From Eledone cirrhosa (Eukaryota): a stretch of DNA of 64,000 nucleotides. Under the pieces are notes generated by a model, which was not told the origin of the DNA, did no database searches, and saw only the letters and a list, made by a program, of their open reading frames with translations. The DNA lies in assembly GCA_964016885.1 (NCBI GenBank), contig OZ024742.1, positions 137,268,001 through 137,332,000 of the forward strand, written 5' to 3'. Positions within the stretch are counted from its first letter, which is position 1; each line of letters opens with the position of its first letter. Below are positions 1 through 14,159 of this stretch, in pieces. The position numbers were made by a program, and so were the translations under genes.

Positions 1-1853
1 TGAGAACGAATATATAGAGCATACAGAGGATGTATTACTCATGAATTCTATTCATTAGGATAGCAATGTGGCCAGCTCTAACGGAACCACATCTAGCAAA
101 GCTTTGTAGTTGACTCTCTTGTGGACACGGTAAGAAAGAAATAATTCGATTAGTAAAACTCTAGAGTTTAAATATCATTTTTTTTTTAGAATATTAAATC
201 CAGAACCACCAACAGAACAGAAGAAAATAAATGATTTGAGACGCATTAGGTGATTAATAAGATAACACCTTCACGTACAATGGAGATTAATATTTTCATT
301 GATTTTTCCACATTCATTTCTCGAAAATTGGGAAAAAGAAAATTACGTACTTCTAACGGTTCTATCTAATTGAAAGTAAATACATTCATACTATATCTGT
401 TTCAACCTTTATGAGTGAAATATGTATGACAATTTTCATTGCAATCAGCGATATTTATGCTTAAATATTGCAACATACTTGCTGCAAGAGAATTACTTTT
501 ACACAGCAAATTTTGGCGGAATTATTAAAAAGCAAGATAGATATTTTGCCTTAAAGAATTCCAGCTTATAATTTTTTATAAGGACATATTGTAACACATG
601 TAGCAACCTCCAGAGATTTTACCATGTGTTCTGACATATCCAAACTGAAACTATCTTACAGATCATCAATAAGAAACATGCTTTTAATTCGAATACGTAT
701 TACGTTTCGTTCATCGTGTTCATCTGAATGATTAGACGTGTGTTTTTATTCGTGTAAGTCATTATTTATTAATCTAAAACTATATAACTAACATAACGTA
801 TTCAGTATTTTTATTTTATTTTGTATACATGTTAACATATTGGCTCCAAGCATTGTTGAGGGCAGTTTCTAGGAAAAATATTCAGCAAAATTTACTGAAG
901 CATATCTATTCCATAGTCATTAGAAACCATACATATCCCATCTTGTAAACTGTGTATAGGAATAAAAGAACACTGAAATTCGAATAACATACTTCTCCGA
1001 GAACATGATCATTAGAACAGATACACACACAGACAGACAGACAGATTAAAACACCTAAGGTAGCACACAAAGGGAATTTTAATCCGACGCCTTCAATATA
1101 TAACAGGTAAAATATATGTATTGTAATACCCTCTCAAAAAGCCTTACCCAATTTCCCAATGCAGACATATGAAAGTTGGATGTCATAACTTATAATAGCT
1201 GTACATATATGTGAAATAGACACCACAAAATATAATAGATGTACATCGCCATGCTATCCCTTAAAGACTACAATCCCAACGTTTTATACAGCCCAAATTA
1301 TATATAAATTCAAATATATATAAATGCAATAAACCCCTTCAAACAGCAATTGCATGTAGGAAGTAAATGCATTTTGGTGACAGCAGTTTTATTGGATTGA
1401 TCTTTCTTGACCATTCCCCACCAGAAATGCGGGGCGCCCAACACCAGACGGTTGTACAGGGTGGATGTGTTGGTAGGCACATATCAAATGAAATCTCAAA
1501 CTATGGATACATTTAGAAAGGACCTCATAACCATGTGTAAGGTGTTTGTTTAAAATATAGCTAACGCCACTAACCTAACGACTAATAAGCCCTTAGACCT
1601 TACATTAGAAAACCAAATTACTCCCTCCTGGAATAATTCGGAAAATAGTTGCGTATATGAGCAGGTGAGTCTCCTACGTATTGGGAATTAGGGAAATGTT
1701 TTACTGTGTAGCCCCCTAGAGCTACTCTCCAAAATTAAATTAACTGAAAAGTTGGTATATTTAGGAAACCTCTGCTGAGAAGAAAAATATATGAATTAAT
1801 ATGTATAAAATTAGAATTTAGCTTCAGGCATAGTTGTATACAGATATGTATTG

Positions 1854-2030
1854 GAATTTTGTATTTCTAAAGAAATACAGTATGTTTAAAATAAATATTT
1901 ATACAGCCATAGCTAACAAAACACCAGGGAACACCGCCAGACGGCATTAGCCGGTGGTGTTTTGGCATAGCTACGACCCTCTAAATGTTTATTTTAAACA
2001 TATCGTATTTCTTTAGAAATACGAAATTTC
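1854..2030. mobile_element. Degenerate fold-back / MITE-like element
   Basis: Imperfect arms gaattttgtatttctaaagaaatac...aaaacacca and tggtgtttt...gtatttctttagaaatacgaaatttc; the right end abuts a (TA)n/(GA)n array. No HHR core seen. Confidence 0.6.
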
Positions 2031-3008
2031 TATATATATATATAGAGAGAGAGAGAGAGTGAGAGAGAGGGGGAGAGAGAGGGGGAGAGAGTGCGACATT
2101 TATAGTTTTATGATGTATATTCGAGAAACATTTTGTGAGAAAGCTCTATCATCATACTAGAATATTTATCATACCCCAGTAAATGAATCCTAACCTATTG
2201 ACTAGGACCAGTAATAAAATATCTGATATTTTGGTTTGGTTTCAAATAATTGGAGTATTGAAAATCACAACAAATGAATGAAATATAAAGAACGACGGAT
2301 TGAGATTTCAATAGCATGTGAAGGTTTCCTGCAACTTGATAGCATGAACATAAAGAACATATCATGTGGAAGGGGATGTTAACTATCAATCGTCAGAGCA
2401 GGCTGATATATTTTGAAATTTGATTATTCAAAATCGGACGGCAATTTGCCCCACCTTTATTTTTCTCTTTTATTTTCATCACACCAAATCGAATGTTCTA
2501 TCCCTATAAAAAATGAAGATAAAAGCAATTTTTACAAAACAATCAAACAACTATACATGAAAATTCAGTACAATGTTTAAAATTGTATGTAGACTGGCAA
2601 ACACTTTCATCCTTTCATCGTATCATAAAGATTTTGAAATAAAAAAAAAACATGGAAAAAGATCACTTCATACTTGCACATAAAAGAACAGGCATAAAGA
2701 ATTACAGCAACGAACATGATTATATAAAATAAAAAAAAATTATATGAATTATAAACATGATGCATGAACATGAAAATCTCAAACAGACACAGAAATACTA
2801 AATATTTTTTGCGTTTTAAAATAAGATATCCTTTTGGCGAACACATAGAATGTTCATTTATGTTATTGATTTTGCGACCCTACATATTAAAATTTAATAC
2901 ATATATGAAACATATAAAATCAGATTCACTGGTGCAAACAAATAAAATCCTACATAGGCAAATATACAAGCGTACACACACACACATTGAAACAAATATG
3001 CACACACT

Positions 3009-3452
<444 letters not shown>

Positions 3453-4664
3453 ACAGTTATATCTATATTATCCTAATTTTGTCTGTACATGTTTGGAAAT
3501 ATAGTAATGTTTATTCTGCATTTATATTTAGATCTCATCATACAAATACATTTTTACAGGTAGAGTTTCCATTTCAACACACATAATCATCAACCATGAA
3601 TATTCTATTTTGGCCGTTATATGTTCACTCTAAAATATATTAATGTTGGCAACGCTATTCTTTGTATCAAAGAGAAGCATCGAAATATACATCAACAGCA
3701 AAATGAAGTGTGGGATAAACCATCGCATAAAAACTGTAGCAATAAAAGCTATAATAAAGAGACCAAACAAAATTGAAGTCGTCTGGTATGATTTGTGAGT
3801 GATTTTCTATAATTGTGAAATCTTAGAAGCTTTCGGTACAAAGCCAATGAACTACGAGTCAGTAATTTGTAGTTTTTCTGACTCTCTCTCTATATATTTA
3901 TATATTGATGATCATGAAAACAAGGTTCTACCTTTTCAGTATTCATTGTATTGAATAGGGTACCTTTATACGCATTTCCACGGTGTTTACCATTCGTTAA
4001 GTAAGAGTAATATAGAAACTGCATTCGATTTATTTTATATCGATTATTTATTAAAAGCTAAAATTTTACACATTATGACTCCGAGTTTCAGATTCTATCC
4101 TGAGAGTTAACATGCATTTCCCGAAACATAAGTTTAATAGTGAATGGCCACAGAACCACATTGTACATTCTGCTCACCTCTCAACCAGTGTCACGTTAAC
4201 TAATTAAATAGGATTACGTGCTATACTGTTAAGTGTCATTGGTACCATTTATACTACACGAGGTCATCTGGAGAAAAATATATCTCTTATAGATCAGATA
4301 TAGAAATCACATGAGACGAATGTATCATTAACATGTATCATCTCCTGTCTGTCTTAGATATGTAATTTAAAAGTGTCGTAACTTCGGCTGAACAGTGAAA
4401 CTAATTCATTCACCATTTTAACCTAATATTAAATTAAACATTGAATTAATTTCAACATGCATACATTTGCTTAAATTCGTACCTGAGAATTTCAAATATG
4501 TCATTCACTTTACATGAAAAACGACGGCCGACTATATCTCTTAGACTGTCAGGATTTATTCTATTATAAGCTATTGTAAAGTATTTCTATGCATGTGGAC
4601 ATCATTCCTTATATTAATATTATCTATAGAATATCTAACAAAATTTATATAATTAGTATCCAAA

Positions 4665-5040
4665 TATTAAAAAGAAGAGCAAGGACAGCATGGAGGACAG
4701 CAATGAGAGCGAGAAGGAGAGTATGGAGGGCAAGGAGAACAAGAAGAATAACAAGGAGAGCAAGGAGTACAAAAAGGTGAGTATGGAGTAAAAGACGGTG
4801 AGTAAGGAGAGCAAGGAGAGCTAGGAGAGCTAGGATAGCAATAGAAGTAAGAATAAGAGCAAGGAGAGCAAGAAGGAGAGCAAAGAGAACGAGGAAACCA
4901 AGGAGAATAATGGAGAGCAAGGAGAATAAAGAGATAAGAAGAGCAGGAGAGCAAAGAAAGCAAAGCGGTAAGGAGGAGAGCAAGGAGAGCAAGGAGTGGA
5001 TGACGTGTAGGAAAAGGGTGACAGAATGGGAAGATGAACA
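4665..5040 (+). repeat. Degenerate purine-rich minisatellite, unit about AAGGAGAGC
   Basis: Repeated gagcaaggag-type 9-mers; these explain the Arg/Ala- and Leu-rich spurious ORFs. Confidence 0.85.
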
Positions 5041-5580
5041 GATGAGACAACAGAAAGCGAGGGGGGGGGGCGGTTGAGGACGAGTGTCGAGAGAGGATTA
5101 TGAACAGTGAAAGAGAGAAAGGTTAGGTAAAGATTTTCGAAATATATGGGTTCTCATCTGAAGACATGTATAACAACTAAAAACTAAATGTATAACCGAG
5201 GTCTATACACTGTCACTTATAGCGTTCACCTTCGTAGTTAATGTTGACATATGTTAAGCAGCCGATAGATTTTTATCATGTTGTGCGATGATAGAGAAAA
5301 TACCTATGCGCAATATCTTCAGAATCGTGTCAAAACCTATTGATACATATCGTGATTCAGACGTCCATGATTGTTCAGAGTGTATCTCTAGGCTACTGAC
5401 CAAAGGTGTTTGTACAAAGTGCAATATCATATCACTATCTGATGCCTACCCATAGACACCATCAAATTTACAAAATGAATACTCATGTTATCACACGCAT
5501 GAGTATATCCAACCTCTCCCAATTCGTACACACTTCGTACATATCTGTGTAACCTATATATATGTAAATATAATATATTT

Positions 5581-5652
<72 letters not shown>

Positions 5653-6894
5653 TATATATATATATATGTATACATATATGTGTGTGTGTGTGTGTGTGTG
5701 AGTGGTAGCTTTTCGATTGGAATTTAGCAATTAAATTATAAAAGTGAAACTACATTTGGCATCATCTACTTCTCAGATTGACGGATTATAGATTGATCGT
5801 CTTGCTATGCAAGTTGCCTACAGCTATTAAATAATTTGCTTCACTTAGCTTCCTTGCTTCGTATACTGCAAAACTATTTCTAATATTACAACAGGTTATA
5901 TTCAATGGGAAGTACTGTGTAATTTTGTATGTAGTCACACATATAGTTATTCCCACTTACGTATCCGCTTATTCCTCGCTTCATATTTATATTTCCCCAT
6001 TATATGTGAAGTTATATTTCTTTCATTCTCTCCTTCTCTCTTCTTTATTTTTATCTCTTCCTCTCCATTTTATCTCTCCCACATTCTGTCTCTCACTTGA
6101 TGTGTATCTGTGTTTGTATGTGTTTGCATCTATGGGTGTTTATGTACGTGAGAATGTGTGTACATATGTGTTGATTTATATAACGAGGCCATTACATCGA
6201 TATTATATATGTACATTGATATCATAATGTTTATCAGAGGGATTTCATATTTACATTGTGACATAAAACTTTGATAGATCCTTCATATTTAACGACTCAG
6301 GAGATTTGATTTTCCATAGATATGTATGTGATAACGTATTTAAAGCATTTAATATGAAAAAAAAAATGAATTACATTAATGTCAAATATACATTCACAGA
6401 AAAGAAGTATTAGTCAAAATTATTTCCCATTTTCCAGGGTAGAACTCCGAACGTATTTTAGCTTTAGCGAATGTATTCTCTATAAGTCTAAACCTAAATA
6501 ATTTGCTTAATTGACAGGGTGGGATTTGCTGAATTTTACATGTATATTTTGCTGAATTTTACATGTATATTTTGTGGCATACAATAGTGAATAATGTATA
6601 AACTGATGGTACGCTTAGAATATTAATAAGGGAAAATAATATCCAATTTTTAACATAGGAAGTAATATTACGCAAAGGCTGTTAATTGTGAGGAGGACCT
6701 ATTTAAATATATTTTTTGTGTAATTCTGTGAGTTGAGTCATCATTTGGGAAATTTGGCATGTTGTGTTTAGTCGATTTCATCTATTTAATATTGCTTATA
6801 TTCCGACATTTGAAATACGTTTTGACTGGCGTGGTTGGCAAATAAACAGCTAAGAATATTCTAATATTGTGATTACGTTCAACTAGAATGTATT

Positions 6895-7871
6895 TTGCAT
6901 TCCTTGTTCTCCTCCTTGCTCTCCTTGCAATCCTTGCTCTCCTTGCTCTCCTTTCCCTTCTTGCCCTCGTTCCTCTCCTTGCTTTCCTTGCTATCATTCT
7001 TGGTTTCCTTTGTTTTCCTTACACTCCTTTCTCTCTTTTTTGTTCTCCTTACTCCCCTTCTTGCTCTCCTCATTCACCTTGCTCTCTTGTTCGCCGTGCT
7101 CACGTTATACTTCTTGCTCTCCTTCTTGTTCTCATTAGTCTGCTTGCTTTGCTTATTACTCTCCTTATTCTCTTTATTGCTCACATATCTCTCTTTGCTC
7201 TCCTTCTTGCTCTCCATGCTCTCCTTGCTCTCCTTCTCCTTATTCTCCTTCCTATCTTACTTGCTGTCCTTGCTCTCCTTCTTATTTTCCTTACTCTCTT
7301 TGTTCTGAATGTTGCTATATTTACTCTCCTTATTGCTCTCCTTATTGCTCCCATTGTTGTTCCCCCCCTTGCTCTCTTTACTTTCATTCTTGCTCTCCTT
7401 ACTCTCCATGCTTTCCTTTCCTCCTTGCTCTCCTCCTTGTCATCTTCGCTCTCTCAGCTCTCTTCGTTTCTCTACATACTCACCTTGCTATCTTTACTCA
7501 TTTTGAAGATTTAAGAAGCCAAATAGCTGAATCGGTAGAGCAAGTACTGCAAAGACAGCAACGAGAGCAATTCCTTGACTTCCTTACTCTCTTTATGCTC
7601 CTTGCTCTTTTTATTGCTCCCTTTACTCAATTATGCTTCTAGGTTCTCTTGCTTCCTTCTTTCCTCATCTTACCCTACTGTCACCCTCATTATCTCTTCT
7701 TCCCCCTCTTCCTAGGTTTGCATTTTCCTTACATTATCTTCTCCCTTTCCCATTCTTCCCTTGTGTTTCACTCTTTTATCTAGTATTTCACTTTCTTTCG
7801 CATTCTTTCCCTTCTTTCTAACTCTTTATCCCATCTTCCCCTCTTTACATCTTCTTCCACTCTTTTCTCTC

Positions 7872-7941
<70 letters not shown>

Positions 7942-8800
7942 ACACTCTTCAATCTACTTATTTTCCCACTCACTTTCCCTAGTACACCCTCGTTCAACCT
8001 CGATGCCGCTCTTTCACTGCTGTACTTCTTCTTCCTCATCTTTTTCTTTTCTCCTTCTCTCTCAGTTTTGCCTTCTTTCACTCTCTTCCTTACATGTCAT
8101 CCTCTCCTTGATGTTATTACTATAATTGCTCTCTTTGTACTCCTTCATATGCTTGGTCTCCTTATCAATTTTGCTCTCCTTGTACTCCTCCTTGTTGTCC
8201 TCACTTTCCTTGCTATAGTTACTCATCTTGCTCTGCTTCTTTTTCTATTTCCTCTCTGCGCTCTCCTGTTCTTCTTGATCTCATTGTTCTCCTCTCTACA
8301 CCCGTTGCTCTCCTGATTTTCTTACTCACATAACCCTTCCTTCTCTGCTAGCTATTATTACTAACCTTGCTCAATATTCTGCATACACTCTTTGCTTTAT
8401 TGTAAAGCAAGCAAGGAGAGTAGGGAGAGCAACGTAGCAAGAAGCATATTTTCCTCTCTTCGCCCACTCTTCCTCACTTTTATTCCAGTTTACCTCTACA
8501 TCCCCCTCTTCTTATTTCCCTCTCTTCGCATTACATTCCTCCTCCCTTATGTCCTTTCCTACACGTTTTCCCCTCATTTCTCTCACAACTAACTTTTAAT
8601 TGCCCCCCTTATTACCTTTGCTCTCTTGCTCTCTTTGCTCGCCCTTTTCTCCTTCTTGCTCCCTTAGTTGCTCTCCTTATTCTCCTTGATCTCAACCTTG
8701 CTCAGAATCCTTTCTTCCTTACTCTCCTCCTTGGTTTCCTGCCTCTCATGCTCTTCTTACGCTCCTTACTCTACTCCTTGCTCTTTTTACTCTTTTACTG
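6895..8800 (-). repeat. Same AAGGAGAGC minisatellite in reverse orientation, with (CT)n
   Basis: Repeated ctccttgct units over about 1.9 kb, interrupted by a pyrimidine tract and (CT)n at about 7876-7940. Confidence 0.85.
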
Positions 8801-9530
8801 GTGGGCAGGCGCTTGAGCGAAGTTTTCAGCAATCCCCTGCATTTCCTCAAGGTGGTTAGCAACAAGTGCACATTCCACTTCAAAGAGCAGGCCACGAGCA
8901 GTTTACACTATAGTCTTAGTTCCTGCTTTGAAGCGTTATTGGTTGAACAAGCCACCACTTGTTCTATATTCAAAGCTCACTCCCTCTTTCACATTCTCAA
9001 AAGCTGTTTCGAGCATGGCAGTGAAATATAAGGCAAATAGGACTGGTGCAAGAACGCACCCCTGTTACGTTCCATTTGAAACAATGAATGGGTCGGACAT
9101 TTATCCACTGGTTCTAACTGAAGCCATTCTATCCTGATGGAAAGAGATGATGATATTAAGCATCTTTTCTGGAACACCTAACTTTTTAAGTACAACCCAG
9201 ATATTTTCCGTAGAAACAGTATCAAAAGCTTTTGTGAGATCAACGAAAAGAACAAAGAGTCACGTCCACATTGGCTCTATAAGACCGAAAGCCACACTGA
9301 GAATCAGGAAAATTGAATTGGCGAGAGCATTGTTAAGTCTGTTCAAAATGACACTAACAAGAATTTTCCCGCAACACAAAGAAGGGAAATTTCCCTATGA
9401 TTATCGCATTCGTACCTATTGCCTTCGTCATTGTAAAGATGGACAATAGATGCACCCTTAAACTCTTTGGAACTGATCCTAATTCACAGATTAAGGAGAG
9501 GAAATCACAGAGTTTGCAAATCAAGAGATT
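8800..9530 (-). pseudogene. RTE-clade LINE reverse transcriptase fragment, decayed
   Basis: Minus-strand reading gives REISLLCVAGKIL, FVDLTKAFDTVS, LKKLGVPEKMLNIIISFH, QGCVLAPVLFALYF and ECALVANHLEEMQ, with stops and frameshifts. Confidence 0.85.
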
Positions 9531-9629
9531 GCTACAAGTAACATGTAAACCAGTACAATCTGCTGCATGGTCGGGTCGTCGGCGACCAAACTGAAAATTC
9601 CACCAAACTAGCTTGGTGAGAAGGGTACT
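9531..9629 (+). repeat. Dispersed repeat, inverted homologue of 28960-29058
   Basis: gtaacatgta..ccagtacaa..catggtcgggtcgt.ggcgac.aaactg..ccaccaa..cttggtgag is shared between the two sites. Possibly a LINE 5' UTR piece. Confidence 0.6.
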
Positions 9630-9904
9630 GTAAACGTTATTACGTAATTATTATTAACAGTCAAGCATTTGGTGAAACTGGCATTAATTTGGGTGTCATT
9701 TTTCATTTGGTCTTTTTAAAGACTGACCCGATTGCACGACATGCATTGTCCCGTAACTCATAATGGAATCGTAGGAGCCCCACATTGATATACGACATTT
9801 CTAGGGCATTTTCTTAAACATGACGGAGACTATTCTCTCTGCAGATTTCTTTCAGATAAGGGTATAGAGTAAGAGAATGGAAATGAGAAAGATATATAGA
9901 GGAA

Positions 9905-10015
9905 CAACAAGACCAGTACTTGACTAGTAATTTTTATCGACCTTGAAATGATGACAGCCAAAGTTGACCTTGGCGGGATTTAAACTTAGAGAGTTCAGAG
10001 AAACGCAACAAATAC
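9905..10015 (-). mobile_element. Degenerate SINE, family 1
   Basis: tttatcgacc...gatga...caaagttgacct.ggcgggattt matches the reverse complement of the 17165-17352 body. Confidence 0.6.
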
Positions 10016-10380
10016 AACAAAACATTCTCTCCGACTGATCCGATTATCAAATGTTTAATTTTAGCTGTATTATTTCGGTGACCATAATCATTGTGTTGGG
10101 TATATATATATATAACTCTGATGGCGTTATTGGATGAATTGATGACCAATTGTTGATTGCTCTGATAAATTTGTTTAATTTTTAACACCTCATTACCGAA
10201 TGCCGTAGAGATCTACATTTGTTTAACCCCATGTAGCACTTAGTAGGAGACTGAATGGCATGATACTGCAGTTCCATACATTGCCCGAACCCACTCGTCT
10301 TATTGTGATTCATATATATGTATATATATATATATATATCTATATCTCTCTCTCTCGCTCGCTCTCTCTATATATATATC

Positions 10381-10446
<66 letters not shown>

Positions 10447-10470
10447 TGTGTGCTTGTATGTGTGCGTGTG

Positions 10471-10552
<82 letters not shown>

Positions 10553-10555
10553 TAC

Positions 10556-10589
<34 letters not shown>

Positions 10590-11276
10590 TCCCATTTTCA
10601 CTCTACCTCGACGCGTTAGATGTAATAATCATTAATATTTTATTTTTATTGTTCTATATTTGTACTTCTTTTGCCCTGCTATCTCATACACCTTATCCAC
10701 CAGAGAACAGAATGGTGCTTACATTATGAAATTCTTCCACATATATAACCTTGACCCCAACCACTGTAACCTCAATATCACGTTGAGTGCTGCGTTTGAA
10801 TAATTTCTTTAGAAGTTAGATTCTGAAAATGGATAATCATTGACTCTGCTGGATAATTTACAAAACAGTTTCAGTTCAGCAAACGAAAACCTCATGTGTT
10901 GGTGGTATTGTGATGTATTTTATGGCATGCACATGTATGTATGTATGTGTGTGTGTGGGGGGGGGGGGGCGAAATCTGTGTAGGTTAAATATCAGTTTCT
11001 TTCCTGAATATTTAGTTAACATATTAGCAACATTGTAAGTTTGTTTAATGGTGTCACTGACAGTGTGTGGTGCAGTGTTTTTTATATATACATATACATG
11101 GAGAGAGCGGCACACACATATACATGTACAACACTGTGTCGCTATCACGATTAGGCAAGACTAGAATGTTGCTTATATATTTTCTAATGCTAACCTAATA
11201 TTTATAAACTACATATCGTGCCTATATAATACGAAGTTGAATAATGGTCTTCCCTGTGTTAACTAGTAAAATTGTA

Positions 11277-11309
<33 letters not shown>

Positions 11310-11429
11310 CTATATACATACAGACACATACACACGCGCCCATGACAACTCTAATCACGCCCCAACTTTATATAACTGTGTAATTTTGCTTCCTGTATTT
11401 CGTTTTGTTTCAATACTTAACTATATAGT

Positions 11430-11465
<36 letters not shown>

Positions 11466-11613
11466 ATATTATTGACGGTCAAGTAATGTGCAATCAATAC
11501 CTATCTCAACACTTTGTGGTTTTTCCTCTATAGATTTGTATTCTGTTATTGAGTGCGCTAGTCTAAATCCAGAGTAACAATACTTAATAAATGAATATAT
11601 ATATATATATATG

Positions 11614-12108
11614 AATTAACAAAAATAATGAATAAAAACAAAGAAATAGTTCCTTATATTAAAAAAGTCATCATTTTACGATCGTTTCTAGGATATATAT
11701 GTGTTTGTTGGTATGTATATCATATAGATCTATGTAAAATGTTTACAAACTATACATACCTACACATATATATGCTGTCTTCAGAAATATTATTTCTGAA
11801 GACAGCATATATATGTGTAGGTATGTATATTCCCTCTAATAGTTTGTAAAAAATTTACATAGATCTATATGATATACATACCAACAAACACATATATATC
11901 CTAGAAACGATCGTAAAATGATGACTTTTTTAATATAAGGAACTGTTTCTTTCTTTTTATTCATTATTTTTATTAATTTATCTTGACTCTGTTTTCCTGT
12001 GTTTTTCATCAAAAAAATGTTGAATACATCTTCTCTTTTCATGATATTTGGATTACATTGAGTTCTTCATACGGATTGGACACTACCGTATATTTTGGTA
12101 GATTTATC

Positions 12109-12112
<4 letters not shown>
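11614..12112. mobile_element. Fold-back mini-PLE (inverted pLTR pair, HHR family B) with one-sided tail
   Basis: Arms 11614-11789 and 11791-11978 are near-perfectly inverted; tail runs to 12112; (TA)n on both sides. Confidence 0.85.
11791..11920 (+). ncRNA. Hammerhead ribozyme with long stem II (mirror copy on - strand at 11672-11789)
   Basis: tattt CTGAAGA [atatatatgtgt...acacatatatat] GAAAC gatc GTA aaatg; palindromic stem III. Confidence 0.8.
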
Positions 12113-12169
<57 letters not shown>

Positions 12170-12171
<2 letters not shown>

Positions 12172-12245
12172 GTTATTCCGGGTTGAATCGGAGGTAACCA
12201 CAGTAAGTAAGGTACTCAATACATTGCAGAGTATAAAAGTTTTAT
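12170..12245 (-). repeat. Isolated tail of family A HHR element
   Basis: cgttattccgggttgaatcggaggtaaccacagtaagtaaggtactcaatacat recurs at 18498 and 24672. Confidence 0.8.
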
Positions 12246-12495
12246 TATGTGTATGCATGTGTATATGTGTATGTATGTGTGTATGTATGTGTATGTATAT
12301 GTGTGTATGTATATGTGTATATGTGTATATGTATGTGTATGTATGTATTTATATTTGTATGTGTGTGTGAGTGTGTGTATGTGTGTATATATATATATAT
12401 ATATATGTATGTATATATGTATGTGTGTATATGTGTATATATGTGTATATATATATATATATGCGTATGTATGCACATGTGTATATATGTATGTT

Positions 12496-12544
<49 letters not shown>

Positions 12545-12758
12545 ATATGTATATATGTGTATGTATGTGTATATATATATATATATATATATGTGTGTAT
12601 ATGTGTATGTTTGTGTATGTGTATGTGTATGTGTATGTATGTGTATATGTGTGTATGTATATGTGTATATATGTATGTATGTTTTTGTGTGTGTATATGT
12701 ATATGTATGTATATATGGGTGTGTATATGTATGTATATGTATATATATATATATATAT

Positions 12759-13475
12759 TGGGACGGTTGGAGGGTCACTGATGAAGGACTCCCCCTTTTT
12801 TTATATGTAACCCATTTGCAACGCCGCAGCTCCATTATTATCATATTTACACATATTTTTTCCTCTGCTGCCACCCCTCTGTTTCTCTCTTTGTATCTTT
12901 ACCCTTTCTAGCAGTCTCTCTCTCTGTTAGCCTCTTCCTCAACTTTCACTCACTCATACCCTGTCACTACCTCTCCTCCACTCCTCTTTCTTCCCGCTTG
13001 ACCTGTCCGATTTCTTTTCTCGCGCACTCTTGGCCAAGCCGGTATGAATTTTTTTTCTCTCTCTCTCTCGTCTGCGTCTTCACAGAACTTATGTTTACCG
13101 AATTCGCAGACCAGACCCCTTCTTCTTCTTCCTCCCGTTAGACCTGTGCGAAATTCCTTCCTTGCTCACATTTCAACCAGGTCTGATGGTCTTTATTCTC
13201 TAGTAGTTCACGATTTTATCGAGTTTATATTCATAGAAATCTGGGACTTGTCTCTTTCCTCTCACTTTCTGTTGCTTAAACCATTTTGTTTGTTCACCCT
13301 AACGTTCTCTTTATTTACGTGTCCCAACGACTTTTTTTTAGCCGTTGTTCGCACCAACCTGGGGTATATGGCCCTTAAAGCGATGAAATGCCTGGGACGG
13401 TTGGAGGGTCACTGATAACGGACTCCCCCCTTTTTTTTATATGTAACCCATTTGCAACGCCGCAGCTCCATTATT

Positions 13476-13482
<7 letters not shown>
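12759..13482 (+). mobile_element. Non-coding element with about 88-bp direct terminal repeats, in a TA array
   Basis: tgggacggttggagggtcactgat...gcagctccattattatcatat at 12759-12846 and 13393-13482. Confidence 0.8.
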
Positions 13483-13554
<72 letters not shown>

Positions 13555-13569
13555 GTGTGAATGTGTATG

Positions 13570-13614
<45 letters not shown>

Positions 13615-13636
13615 GAATATATGTATGTATGGTGTA

Positions 13637-13729
<93 letters not shown>

Positions 13730-13839
13730 ATGTGTGACCCCACTCTCAAGAGCGTGAAATCAATAAATATTTCCTTGTTCTGTCCCTCTGTTTTGTTTCC
13801 CGTTCAATTTTTCCTTATACATGTGTATATGTGTGTGTG

Positions 13840-13878
<39 letters not shown>

Positions 13879-13994
13879 ATATATGTATGTGTATGTGTGT
13901 GTGTGTATGTGTATATGTATATATGTTTTTGTATATGTATATGTATATATATATATATGTATGTATATATATATATATATATATGTGCATGTGT

Positions 13995-14034
<40 letters not shown>

Positions 14035-14159
14035 GTGTACATATGTGTGTATGTATGTGTGTGTATGTATGTGTATGTATGTATGTATGTGTATATTTAT
14101 ATATATAAATATATTTATGTGTGTCTGTGTATATGTGTGTCTGTGTATGTGTGTTTATG

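Noticed and set aside
58-2400. Possible host exons (gtaaga at 129, polypyrimidine-AG at about 189, more complex segments at 580-755, 1390-1540 and 2205-2400)
   Set aside because: No consistent open frame or recognisable protein could be assembled. They could be pseudogene remnants; tblastx or RNA-seq is needed.
6888-7514. 208-aa hydrophobic ORF resembling a membrane protein
   Set aside because: It is a product of the 9-bp minisatellite; overlapping frames are equally open.
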